55,347 nt of DNA from an uncultured Candidatus Saccharibacteria bacterium (GTDB lineage: Bacteria; Patescibacteriota; WWE3; UBA101185; UBA10185). The DNA is taken from NCBI GenBank assembly GCA_964643995.1, contig CAZXUJ010000005.1, positions 1 to 55,347 of the forward strand, in the 5' to 3' direction. Below, in pieces: positions 12,068-20,734 of this stretch. The translations under genes and the position numbers were made by a program. The notes beneath the pieces are model-generated. The model was not told the origin of the DNA and did no database searches. It saw nothing but the letters and a program-made list of their open reading frames with translations. Numbering within the stretch: position 1 is the first letter of the stretch; each line of letters opens with the position of its first letter.

Positions 12068-12937
12068 ATGGAATCAAGCTTGATAGGACTGACTAACGAA
12101 GAGGTAGATGACCGACTTACAAGATTGGTGTCGTTAGCAAAGCACCCACATGGAGAAAAAGTGGTTAACCGATATATGAGACTTGTGATGAACACTGCCG
12201 GAAATGGTCTTAAGACTGAAATCCAAGATAGGTTAAAAGGAGAGGCCGGGATCGCATTACATACTAAAGGTATTAGCTACATGGTGGACAGCCTACCAGT
12301 TGCAGGATTTTTTAAAGAAAGAAAGGAAACAGCAAACCACACAGGAATCACACGAGCAATAAAACAGCTACAAAAAAGACTAATAGGTCTAGTGAGCACC
12401 GCGAATGCAAATGAAACAACTCTAAAGGAGTCTTTGGCACCAGAAGTTGCATATCTTAAAACACATGAAGGCACCGAGGCTGAATCACTGGCTCAAGAGG
12501 CATTCATAAATGCAATGTTAAAAAAAGTTACTGAGTACGATGGGTGGGCATCCAATCTTGAATATACAACAAGAGAAACTGCATCTAGCTACATAACAGA
12601 GTTCGGAGAGCTGTGCTGCATAGGAAGGTGTGCACTGGAATATGGCATGCTAAGAGATGCAGGCTTTAGGGAAAACGATATATTTTCGGCAGATGTTGAG
12701 GGACATTCAACACTCATAGTGAGACTTAAGTCGGGGGAACTAAAAATGCTAGAAAACAGCGGCTATATAGACGATGATGATACACGTATAACACACCCCT
12801 ATTTCAGAGTTTACGAACTAAGAGATTTTGAAGGTATACAAGGCGTAAATGAAAAAAACTCTGTCTCGTTAAGTACACAAACTATAAGGTCTTCGAATGA
12901 GGATGAATTCGCAGGGTTTAAAAAAAAGGTATGGTGA
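12068..12937 (+). CDS. hypothetical protein with a possible transglutaminase/papain-like Cys-His core
   Basis: 289 aa. The C-terminal part GELCCIGRCALEYGMLRDAGF...VEGHSTLIVRLKSGELKMLEN resembles the Cys...His...Asp/Asn arrangement of transglutaminase-like cores. This assignment is weak. The ORF ends just after an A8 run. Confidence 0.5.
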   Translation: MESSLIGLTNEEVDDRLTRLVSLAKHPHGEKVVNRYMRLVMNTAGNGLKTEIQDRLKGEAGIALHTKGISYMVDSLPVAGFFKERKETANHTGITRAIKQLQKRLIGLVSTANANETTLKESLAPEVAYLKTHEGTEAESLAQEAFINAMLKKVTEYDGWASNLEYTTRETASSYITEFGELCCIGRCALEYGMLRDAGFRENDIFSADVEGHSTLIVRLKSGELKMLENSGYIDDDDTRITHPYFRVYELRDFEGIQGVNEKNSVSLSTQTIRSSNEDEFAGFKKKVW

Positions 12938-13178
12938 TAGACAAACGACAGTGTACCCTGGAGCACGGGGATTAGGAATAATGTATCTTAATCAATTGGG
13001 ACGTGTGATGCGTGTCAGGGATACAGATGCATCTACCGAAATATTCAATTATGTAATTTCTATCGCGCCGGATAGTCGCAATGCCAAACGAGGACTAGAA
13101 AAAAACAGAGAAATATCAGAACGCCGTCCACAGAAAAGATTCAAAAAGGTACTAGCAGAACAAGCCCTAACAATATAA
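12897..13178 (+). CDS. possible +1-frame continuation of the previous gene
   Basis: 93-aa ORF overlapping the end of 12068..12937. Both frames run through the A8 tract at 12920-12927. Without this ORF there would be an intergenic gap of about 250 nt. Confidence 0.3.
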   Translation: MRMNSQGLKKRYGDRQTTVYPGARGLGIMYLNQLGRVMRVRDTDASTEIFNYVISIAPDSRNAKRGLEKNREISERRPQKRFKKVLAEQALTI

Positions 13179-13187
13179 ACTGTACTC

Positions 13188-13886
13188 GTGGCAGGTCCCC
13201 TATATAAATCAGCAATTCTATCTTCGCGAGAACATCTCGCTACTAAGTTCCATTTTTATGAGTTCGATACAATTGGCTTCAAAAATTTTCGCGCAGGACA
13301 ACATATAAGTGTACGTGTTGCACAAGATGCAGTAAGAAACTATTCAATTGCAACATTTGAAAACAATAAAATGGGGATTTTGGTCGACATAGGACCCGGA
13401 GGTCCAGGATCATGTTTTTTTCGAGATATAAAGGTGGGAGATGATATGCGCTATTTAGGACCATTTGGGGGATTTGTTTTGCAAAATGACATTGAGATAA
13501 AGAATATCTACTTTTTTGCTACTGGCTCAGGAATTGCACCAATAAGATGTATGCTTGAGGAGTTACTAACAAAACAAAAAACCCAGAAACAAGTTTATCT
13601 TTATTTTGGGTTAGGAACTGAAGAAGATATACTCTGGCAGGATTATTTTGGAAACCTTTCACGTAATCACCCAAACTTTAATTATAAAATCTCATTATCG
13701 AGGTCAAGCGAAGGTTGGATGGCAGAAAGAGGTTACATAACCAAATTTGTACAATCTATGGATAAACCCGAAAAAAGTAGTGTATATCTTTGTGGAAACC
13801 CTAATATGATAAATGACGCAAAGAAACTTTTATTGGAAAAGGGTGTTAATAGTGAAAAAATATATACTGAAAGTTTTTTTGATTAG
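13188..13886 (+). CDS. ferredoxin-NADP reductase-like FAD/NAD(P)-binding oxidoreductase
   Basis: GTG start. FAD motif RNYSIA, then GPFG, and NAD(P) motif FFATGSGIAP. 232 aa. Confidence 0.75.
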   Translation: MAGPLYKSAILSSREHLATKFHFYEFDTIGFKNFRAGQHISVRVAQDAVRNYSIATFENNKMGILVDIGPGGPGSCFFRDIKVGDDMRYLGPFGGFVLQNDIEIKNIYFFATGSGIAPIRCMLEELLTKQKTQKQVYLYFGLGTEEDILWQDYFGNLSRNHPNFNYKISLSRSSEGWMAERGYITKFVQSMDKPEKSSVYLCGNPNMINDAKKLLLEKGVNSEKIYTESFFD

Positions 13887-13906
13887 CACTAAGGTAAAAT
13901 AACATA

Positions 13907-14164
13907 ATGGAAAATACTGAAGATAAAGTAGTACAAATAGGAAAATATAAAATTCAGGTGATCAGGGATCTGTGCATTGGTGCCACATCTTGCGTAGCTT
14001 TTGCCCCTGAAACATTTGAAATGGACAATCAAAATATTGCTTTGATAAAAGAGGATAGTACTGAGGATTTGGAAAATATACTTCTAGCAGCACAATCTTG
14101 CCCAACAAGGGCTATCATTGTGATTGATACAGAAGCAAAAAAACAAATCTGGCCAAAGCTTTAG
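13907..14164 (+). CDS. small ferredoxin
   Basis: 85 aa. CIGATSCVAFAP ... SCPTRAI is a Cys pattern typical of single-cluster ferredoxins. Adjacent to the FNR-like gene. Confidence 0.7.
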   Translation: MENTEDKVVQIGKYKIQVIRDLCIGATSCVAFAPETFEMDNQNIALIKEDSTEDLENILLAAQSCPTRAIIVIDTEAKKQIWPKL

Positions 14165-14168
14165 CTTC

Positions 14169-15248
14169 TTATTTACTTCTAACGATTTTTTTAAACAATC
14201 TCGATATAAGGTCGTCTTTTTCGGACAACGCGAGACGCTGAGTGTAGAAAATGTCTAACACAACGCCAGCAGCACTTGCAGAGATTAGTGCTATAAGCTT
14301 GAGCCGTGGAAAAAACAAAAAAACAAAGGTGATAAAAACTGTGAAAGCGGCAAACATCAAGAAGTTATCTTTGGAATCAGTAACAGTATTTCGCAGAACA
14401 CCTTTTATAAGCTCTACTTCTTTTGGGCGGTGAAATTCATATTCCTTATCAATTAGTTTTGGGTTGTGATAGTAGTACTTTGCTACAGCAACTACTCTGA
14501 TGATGCGACGTAAAAGTTCTAGGGCCACAACCAAAATAATCGTGTTCACAGTTATAGTAAAGTGGTCAGTAACATTTATTCCTCTTACCATAAGATCATA
14601 TTCACCCAAATTAGCATTTATTGGTACTTGTAGTTCTTTCGGTAAAAAGTAGAGATGAGTACTATCGACAGTTAAAAACAGTATAAATATTACAACCTCG
14701 AAAGCATCTATAAATCTCTTTTTGAAACTCTTCATAACATCAGCAAGGCGTGGGTGTTTGTAGTTAATCGTCGGCATGTGTGCCTTGGGCAGGGTCATCA
14801 AACCAGCAATGAAGGTAATTGTAAAAGAAAGAACTATCGTAGCGTTTGTAACATCATGCTCTAAACCAATAACCTTGTATCCAAAAATAACTACGACATA
14901 AATCAAAAGAGCAAGAGCGTAACTCATGTACGGAATTATCATCAGAAGCGTATCGATAACCAATGCACGGAAGGCTATGACTAAATCCTTAACAAAGTCC
15001 ATTAGCTCAATAAAAGTTATGGATCCTTCTAGGATCAAATCTATTATTCGACTTGCCTCTTTTTTAAGACCTACGAATGTCAAAACACCTAAAATTATGA
15101 ATACCACCGTTACAGCAAATATTAAAAGCCAAAGAATGTTTATGAGAATAAGGAAAAGCTGGGGATTGGTTACGCCAATAAGAACGAAAACCCCAACAAC
15201 GGCTACGATAAACATGAGTATTTTTGATAACAGTCCTCTTTTTTTCAT
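14169..15248 (-). CDS. polytopic membrane protein, hypothetical
   Basis: 359-aa ORF with multiple hydrophobic helices. The + ORFs 14251..14433 and 14926..15267 are shadows. Confidence 0.55.
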   Translation of the reverse strand: MKKRGLLSKILMFIVAVVGVFVLIGVTNPQLFLILINILWLLIFAVTVVFIILGVLTFVGLKKEASRIIDLILEGSITFIELMDFVKDLVIAFRALVIDTLLMIIPYMSYALALLIYVVVIFGYKVIGLEHDVTNATIVLSFTITFIAGLMTLPKAHMPTINYKHPRLADVMKSFKKRFIDAFEVVIFILFLTVDSTHLYFLPKELQVPINANLGEYDLMVRGINVTDHFTITVNTIILVVALELLRRIIRVVAVAKYYYHNPKLIDKEYEFHRPKEVELIKGVLRNTVTDSKDNFLMFAAFTVFITFVFLFFPRLKLIALISASAAGVVLDIFYTQRLALSEKDDLISRLFKKIVRSK

Positions 15249-15308
15249 ATTCCAGGTATTAGTTTAGCATTGGGAGTCAATTTTGGGTTGAATAAATGGT
15301 TTTGAATA

Positions 15309-15373
15309 GGGTATCTACAGACTCAGGAAATGAAAATTTAATGTATTTCACATTTCAGATTATGTAGATACCC
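15309..15373. repeat. 65-nt nested palindrome
   Basis: Perfect 11-bp arms GGGTATCTACA (15309-15319) / TGTAGATACCC (15363-15373). The inner region has further arms GAAATG/CATTTC and TGAAA/TTTCA. No flanking T-run. Confidence 0.6.
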
Positions 15374-15379
15374 AAGGGA

Positions 15380-15724
15380 TTAACAATCAAATTCGATGAG
15401 CGGCGGCTCACCATAGTCAATCCCCATTTTTTCGATTAACGTTGGCGTGTCCGGGTCCCCGTCCTGCTCAGGAATACTGCCCTACACGCGAGCCATGAAC
15501 AAGCGCACGACGACCTTTTTGCCCTTTTGGACAACAAAAATGACTTCTTGGTCACCGGCAACAACCCCTGGAAGGGACTTTGACTCCTCAAACGGTCTCT
15601 CTACAACCTCATTTCCCGCCGCTACGCGGACATACGGGGAGGGAAGTAAACTTCGAGGGAGTTTCCTCCCGGGCACATCTCACAACCAAAAACAAAAAAA
15701 CAGAAAAAACGATATTTTTTTCAT
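15380..15724 (-). pseudogene. disrupted secreted-protein gene (in-frame TGA and TAG) in a GC-rich patch
   Basis: A strong SD (TAAGGAGATGAC) precedes the ATG at 15724. One reading frame gives MKKISFFLFFCFWL-TGA-DVPGRK...RLFMARV-TAG-GSIPEQDGDPDTPTLIEKMGIDYGEPPLIEFDC-TAA. The region is visibly more GC-rich than its flanks. Confidence 0.4.
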
Positions 15725-15889
15725 GTCATCTCCTTATGTGTTGATTAATAAGATACACGCACCTTACATTCTATAGTGTTCTGGCGCAGATAGTACTTCA
15801 CACGCTGGTATTTACTCCTTGAACAATCGCCTAAAAAAACATAAACTATACTGCAGTTATTAACATCAAACATTAAGAAAGGAATTTTT

Positions 15890-16633
15890 ATGGCAAAAGA
15901 AAATGGAGAAAAAACCATTACCATCAATAACAGCACTGTGACATATGTCTTAGTCGGTTTATTGGTATTGGCAGCTTTCGCTATTGGTATGTTGTGGACC
16001 AAAGTGCAAGGTTTAGAGGGTGGCACAAAAGTAGCTGACACTACTAATACAGGTAGCGCACCAGTTCCTAATGCAAATGGAACTACATCTGTAAAAGTTG
16101 AGGGTGTTTCAGAAAGTGACCATGTTAGAGGAAATAGAGATGCAAAAATCGCATTAATTGAGTACTCAGATTTAGAGTGTCCGTTCTGTCAAAGATTCCA
16201 TCCTACAGCTCAACAGGTAGTTGATGAGTATGATGGTAAAGTTATGTGGATTTACAGACACTTCCCATTATCGCAACTACATCCTAAAGCACAAAAGTTT
16301 GCGGAAGCAACAGAATGTGCTGCAAAGATAGGTGGCGAGGATAAGTTCTGGGAGATGAACGACAAAATCGTTGCTGAAAATCCTGAGTTAACTGAGTTAA
16401 ATGCTATTGCGAAAAGGCTTGGAATAAACGAGAGTGAGTTCGACAAGTGCGTAGCTTCAGGGGAAACTGCTCCGATTGTTAAAGCGCACACTGAAACCGG
16501 TACAAAAGCCGGGGTTAGAGGCACACCAGGTAACATTATCTTAAACATTGGAACAGGTGAGGCCGAACTGCTTGCCGGTGCTGTACCTTTCGCATCAATA
16601 CAGAGCGTAATTGATCGAATGATGGCGAACTAA
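15890..16633 (+). CDS. membrane-anchored DsbA-like thiol:disulfide oxidoreductase
   Basis: N-terminal TM anchor. Thioredoxin-fold CxxC motif in LECPFCQRFHP. 247 aa. Confidence 0.8.
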   Translation: MAKENGEKTITINNSTVTYVLVGLLVLAAFAIGMLWTKVQGLEGGTKVADTTNTGSAPVPNANGTTSVKVEGVSESDHVRGNRDAKIALIEYSDLECPFCQRFHPTAQQVVDEYDGKVMWIYRHFPLSQLHPKAQKFAEATECAAKIGGEDKFWEMNDKIVAENPELTELNAIAKRLGINESEFDKCVASGETAPIVKAHTETGTKAGVRGTPGNIILNIGTGEAELLAGAVPFASIQSVIDRMMAN

Positions 16634-16656
16634 CATAACTTTGAATTTGATAATCG

Positions 16657-16693
16657 ACTTTGTGTCTAATTCTTTTGGGGTTAGACACAAAGT
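16657..16693 (+). terminator. stem-loop downstream of the DsbA-like gene
   Basis: Perfect 13-bp stem ACTTTGTGTCTAA / TTAGACACAAAGT with an 11-nt loop. No clear U-tract. Confidence 0.4.
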
Positions 16694-16714
16694 TAGGTTA
16701 TACTCATATAAGAT

Positions 16715-17374
16715 ATGAGGGAATTTATTAAAAGGAATCAACCCGTATTTATCGTAGGTGCTATTACTATTATAGTTTTTCTCGTGATTATAGGGTTAAG
16801 TCAATCAAGAGACGACAACTCGTTGTTGCCTGGACTTGTTAAAGTAGGTGAGCAGGAATTCACTCCTGAAGAAACACCTATAAAAGAACCCGAAAAACCA
16901 ATCACCGAAATGACCGCGGCCGAAATAGATAAAATGGTAGCAAAGATGGATATAACCGAAGGTAAGTACGATAATAATTACTCGTTGTTACCAGGTAATC
17001 CCGTGGATGAAGCGATGGAGGAAAAAATAAAAGACCTAGAGGCCCAGGCATATATGACACCGGATGAGGTAAAAAGCGAATTTGGGGAATTGAACATAAG
17101 TTATACGGATGAAGGCGGGTATGAACCGAGAAAATCACCGGCCTACAAGTTTCAAAACGTGACTTGGACTAATAATTCTGATCGTGAGATTAAATTGGTT
17201 CAACTTAACCCACTATTTACTGAGTTTGCCAACGGAGTAATTCTTGCACCAGGAGAATCTTATACCATGGAACTTTACAAAGAGGGTAACTTTAGATTTA
17301 CAGAAGACGAATCACGAGCATTTGGTGCAGTCACCATCACTCGAGCCGCAAAATATGAAGCGGGTCTAAACTAA
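16715..17374 (+). CDS. membrane-anchored hypothetical protein
   Basis: 219-aa ORF with an N-terminal TM helix (VFIVGAITIIVFLVIIGL). Confidence 0.5.
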   Translation: MREFIKRNQPVFIVGAITIIVFLVIIGLSQSRDDNSLLPGLVKVGEQEFTPEETPIKEPEKPITEMTAAEIDKMVAKMDITEGKYDNNYSLLPGNPVDEAMEEKIKDLEAQAYMTPDEVKSEFGELNISYTDEGGYEPRKSPAYKFQNVTWTNNSDREIKLVQLNPLFTEFANGVILAPGESYTMELYKEGNFRFTEDESRAFGAVTITRAAKYEAGLN

Positions 17375-18004
17375 AAAGGCTGAGGGACAGATTTTGCTCA
17401 AAATGCATTCAGCACATTTCGGTTTTCTTGCTATACAAACATAACGACCATGCAAAACCATTGCCGAGGAAAAATTTCTCCAATATTCCTTTGGTAACAA
17501 CTCCATCAGTTCTTTTTCGATTTTTACAGCGTTTTGTTCTCTAGTTAAGCCTAACAAGTTAGATACACGTGTGATGTGAGTATCCACGACAATACCCTCA
17601 GCAACTTCCCAAAGCTCTTGCATTATGACATTAGCACTTTTGCGAGCAATACCAGGAATTTTAAGTAGATCGTCGAAATTTTTTGGGAGTTGTCCTCCAA
17701 ATTCAGTTTCTACGACCTCCCCAGCTTTTTTTAGACGTTCCGCCTTGCCAACATGAAAATTCACGCCATGAACATCTTTAGTTAATTCAGAAAGCTCAGC
17801 ATTAGCAAAATCTTTCCAAGTCTTATATTTTTTGAATAAAGTCTTTTGAGTAATTTGGTTAACTTTCTTATCGGTGGTTTGCGCAGATAACATGACTGCC
17901 ACAGCTAACTGCATCTCATTTTCATGTGTAAGTTCTGTTTTAGGGTTAGGGTGTTCTCGTTTTAGAAGTTTTGCTACTTCAATAGCTAATTGATGCTTTT
18001 CCAT
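17366..18004 (-). CDS. nth: endonuclease III
   Basis: HhH motif LLKIPGIARKSANVIM, then VVDTHITRVSNLLGL, and a C-terminal 4Fe-4S loop CIARKPKCAECILSKIC. Confidence 0.9.
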   Translation of the reverse strand: MEKHQLAIEVAKLLKREHPNPKTELTHENEMQLAVAVMLSAQTTDKKVNQITQKTLFKKYKTWKDFANAELSELTKDVHGVNFHVGKAERLKKAGEVVETEFGGQLPKNFDDLLKIPGIARKSANVIMQELWEVAEGIVVDTHITRVSNLLGLTREQNAVKIEKELMELLPKEYWRNFSSAMVLHGRYVCIARKPKCAECILSKICPSAFLV

Positions 18005-18087
18005 TAACTAATAATAGCAGGTGTGTTACTATTTAAAAATTCTATGATCGAGGCAAAACTAATGCATTTTAGTGCTAAAATCAGTAC

Positions 18088-18924
18088 ATGTGGGAGATAA
18101 CACAATATCTACATACTACTAGTATTCTTTTTAAAAACCTTCTTTACAGTTTACTTGTACTTGTAATCACCATGGTAGCACTACGCATAATAAGGGTGTT
18201 GTTCAATAAAGCTAGGCACATTAATCCGGATGAAAATAGCTTCGACGACTTGTTACCCTTTTTGGAGAATTTAGCCAAAATAGGTCTCTTAGCCTTTACA
18301 ACCTATTTTTTGCTTAAAGTTTGGGGAATAGATGTTACACCACTTATAGCATCTGCAGGAGTGGCCGGAGTGGCATTGGCTTTTGCTGCACAGGATACAG
18401 TGGCTAACTTTTTCGGAGGCATTGCCATATTTACTGATAAACCTTTTAAACTAGGGGATCAAATACTAATTGACGGTAAACACCGCGGGCATGTTTACAA
18501 AATCGGGGCAAGAAGTACAAAGATAAAAACCGTTGATAATGTATTGGTAACTATTCCAAACTCAGTTATTGCTAACAACGCAATTTATAACGAAACCGGA
18601 TATGACCCAAAGATGCGACTACGTGTTGAGGTTGGAATATCGTACGGTACAGACCTTGAAAAAGCCGAAAAGGTTCTGATGCAGGTTTTGCAAGAAAATA
18701 AAAACATCCTTGATGATCCGGAACCTCAAGTCTTATTTACTGCCTTTTCAGACTCATCAATAAATGTAATGCTGGTGGGAACAGTGTCTAGCCCTCAAAT
18801 GATCCCTCAAGTGACCCACGAGGTTGTAAAGCAGACATACAAAGTTTTACGCGATGTAGGTATCGAAATTCCATTTCCACAACGAGATATACATTTGTAT
18901 ACTGAGAACAATGGCAAAAAATAA
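18088..18924 (+). CDS. mechanosensitive ion channel (MscS family)
   Basis: Three TM helices followed by the MscS beta-domain signature FTDKPFKLGDQILIDG...GHVYKIGARSTKIKTVDNVLVTIPNS. Confidence 0.85.
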   Translation: MWEITQYLHTTSILFKNLLYSLLVLVITMVALRIIRVLFNKARHINPDENSFDDLLPFLENLAKIGLLAFTTYFLLKVWGIDVTPLIASAGVAGVALAFAAQDTVANFFGGIAIFTDKPFKLGDQILIDGKHRGHVYKIGARSTKIKTVDNVLVTIPNSVIANNAIYNETGYDPKMRLRVEVGISYGTDLEKAEKVLMQVLQENKNILDDPEPQVLFTAFSDSSINVMLVGTVSSPQMIPQVTHEVVKQTYKVLRDVGIEIPFPQRDIHLYTENNGKK

Positions 18925-20722
18925 ACTAAAAATTAAAACAGAGTGGGACCTAACCCCCCTTTTGAAGAGCGATGATGAGCCCAAGCAAATAGATTTCCTT
19001 GAAGAAGCTAAACAAGCAAATTACAAGTTCATAAATAAGTGGAAAGATAGAGACGATTATCTTATAAACCCAAAAATTCTCAAAGAAGCTTTAGATGAGT
19101 TTGAAGAATTGCTAAATAAATGTGACATTTCCGGTGGTGTTGGTTATTACTTCAGCATGCGCCAAGCACTTGAGCAAGATAACAAAGACCTAAAGGCTAA
19201 AATAAATAAGTTGACTGATTTCGAAACCAAAATTGATAACGACAGAGACTTTTTTACACACCGCATCTCGAAAATTCCTGTTGATGAACAAAGGAAGTTT
19301 TTGGAGGATCCAGATCTGCAGATTTATAGACATGCACTCGAGTCAATCTTTGACAATGCAAAATATTTGTTAAGCGAGGACGAAGAAAAAATTTTGAATC
19401 TGATGTCACCTATGGCCCATTCAAACTGGACTCGTATGGTTTCCACTTTTATATCTAAAGAAGAGGCTGAGTTGGTGGACGAAGAAGGAAATAAAAAAAT
19501 AAGAACCTTTTCTGAAATTAGTAGTTTACTAAATAGTCAAAACAAACACGTACGTGATGAGGCAGCTAACGCGATGAATAAAATTTTTGTGAAACACCTT
19601 GAAGTGGCCGAGAATGAGATGAATTCGGTCTTACAAAGCAAAAAAGTAAATGACGAACTTAGAAAAATGGAACGACCAGATTTGGGAAGGTACCTAGGCG
19701 ACGATATTGAACCCGAAATTGTCGACACACTCATTCAGTCTGTTTCAGAAAGATTTAATATATCAAGAGATTATTACAGACTTAAAGCCAATTTAATGGG
19801 ACTAGCTAAGCTAGAATATCACGAACGAAATGTGGAGTATGGGAGTATTACAAAGAAATATCCATATGAAGAAGCTGTTGAGCTTGTTTATGAGGTTTTC
19901 ACTGATTTAGACAGCGAATTTGCAGAGATTTTTAAAGGTTTTGTAGAGAAAGGAAGCATTGACGCATTTCCGAAAAAAGGCAAAAGGGGAGGAGCTTTTT
20001 GTACACATAACTTACCACACGAACCTGTTTACATTTTGCTTAATCACACCGATCTTCTTGATAACGTTTTAACAATTGCACATGAAGTTGGACATGGAAT
20101 TCACAACACCTTATTTTTGAGAAAGCAAAATGCCTTGGTCTCAGGGGCTGCACTTTCTACTGCTGAAGTAGCCAGTACGTACATGGAAGATTTCGTCCTA
20201 GACAAACTTATGCAGGAGGCAGATGACGAGTTGAAACTGTCACTTATGATGATGAAACTAAATTCGGACATTTCAACAATTTTGAGACAAATTTCATGCG
20301 TAAGATTTGAACAAGAACTTCACAGAGATTTTAGAGAAAAAGGGTATTTATCACACCAAGAAATAGGAGCATTGTTCCAAAAACACATGGCTGCTTACAT
20401 GGGTGATTACGTTGAGCAATCTGAGGGGGCACAAAATTGGTGGGTGTATTGGAGTCATATCAGAAGCTTTTTTTACAATTATTCATATGCCAATGGGCTG
20501 TTAATATCAAAAGCTCTACAAAATGAAACCAAGAAAGATAAACAGTTTACAAATAAAGTAAAAGAGTTTATGTCGGCAGGAACCTCAAAATCTACCAAAC
20601 AAATTTTTGCGGATATTGGCATAGACATTACAAACAAAATGTTTTGGCACAAAGGACTCGACGAGGTCGCAAAGCTATTGCAAGAAACAGAAGCTTTAGC
20701 AAAAAAACTTGGTAAAATCTGA
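18911..20722 (+). CDS. pepF: oligoendopeptidase F (M3B family)
   Basis: 603 aa with the zinc motif HEVGHGIH and M3-like length and architecture. Confidence 0.85.
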   Translation: MAKNKLKIKTEWDLTPLLKSDDEPKQIDFLEEAKQANYKFINKWKDRDDYLINPKILKEALDEFEELLNKCDISGGVGYYFSMRQALEQDNKDLKAKINKLTDFETKIDNDRDFFTHRISKIPVDEQRKFLEDPDLQIYRHALESIFDNAKYLLSEDEEKILNLMSPMAHSNWTRMVSTFISKEEAELVDEEGNKKIRTFSEISSLLNSQNKHVRDEAANAMNKIFVKHLEVAENEMNSVLQSKKVNDELRKMERPDLGRYLGDDIEPEIVDTLIQSVSERFNISRDYYRLKANLMGLAKLEYHERNVEYGSITKKYPYEEAVELVYEVFTDLDSEFAEIFKGFVEKGSIDAFPKKGKRGGAFCTHNLPHEPVYILLNHTDLLDNVLTIAHEVGHGIHNTLFLRKQNALVSGAALSTAEVASTYMEDFVLDKLMQEADDELKLSLMMMKLNSDISTILRQISCVRFEQELHRDFREKGYLSHQEIGALFQKHMAAYMGDYVEQSEGAQNWWVYWSHIRSFFYNYSYANGLLISKALQNETKKDKQFTNKVKEFMSAGTSKSTKQIFADIGIDITNKMFWHKGLDEVAKLLQETEALAKKLGKI

Positions 20723-20734
20723 TACCATATTAGT

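Noticed and set aside
15540-15600. RNase P RNA-like string GAGGAGUCAAAGUCCC on the - strand of the GC-rich patch
   Set aside because: It only loosely resembles the P4 motif GAGGAAAGUCC. The other universally conserved RNase P blocks, such as ACAGAA..CGGCUUA, are absent, and the spacing to the UAGGGCAG-like string is wrong.
15447-15776. 109-aa + strand ORF in the GC-rich patch
   Set aside because: Low-complexity Ser/Thr/Pro-rich translation with no SD. It is antisense to a frame that has a strong SD and a signal-like start. GC-rich DNA keeps several frames open by chance.
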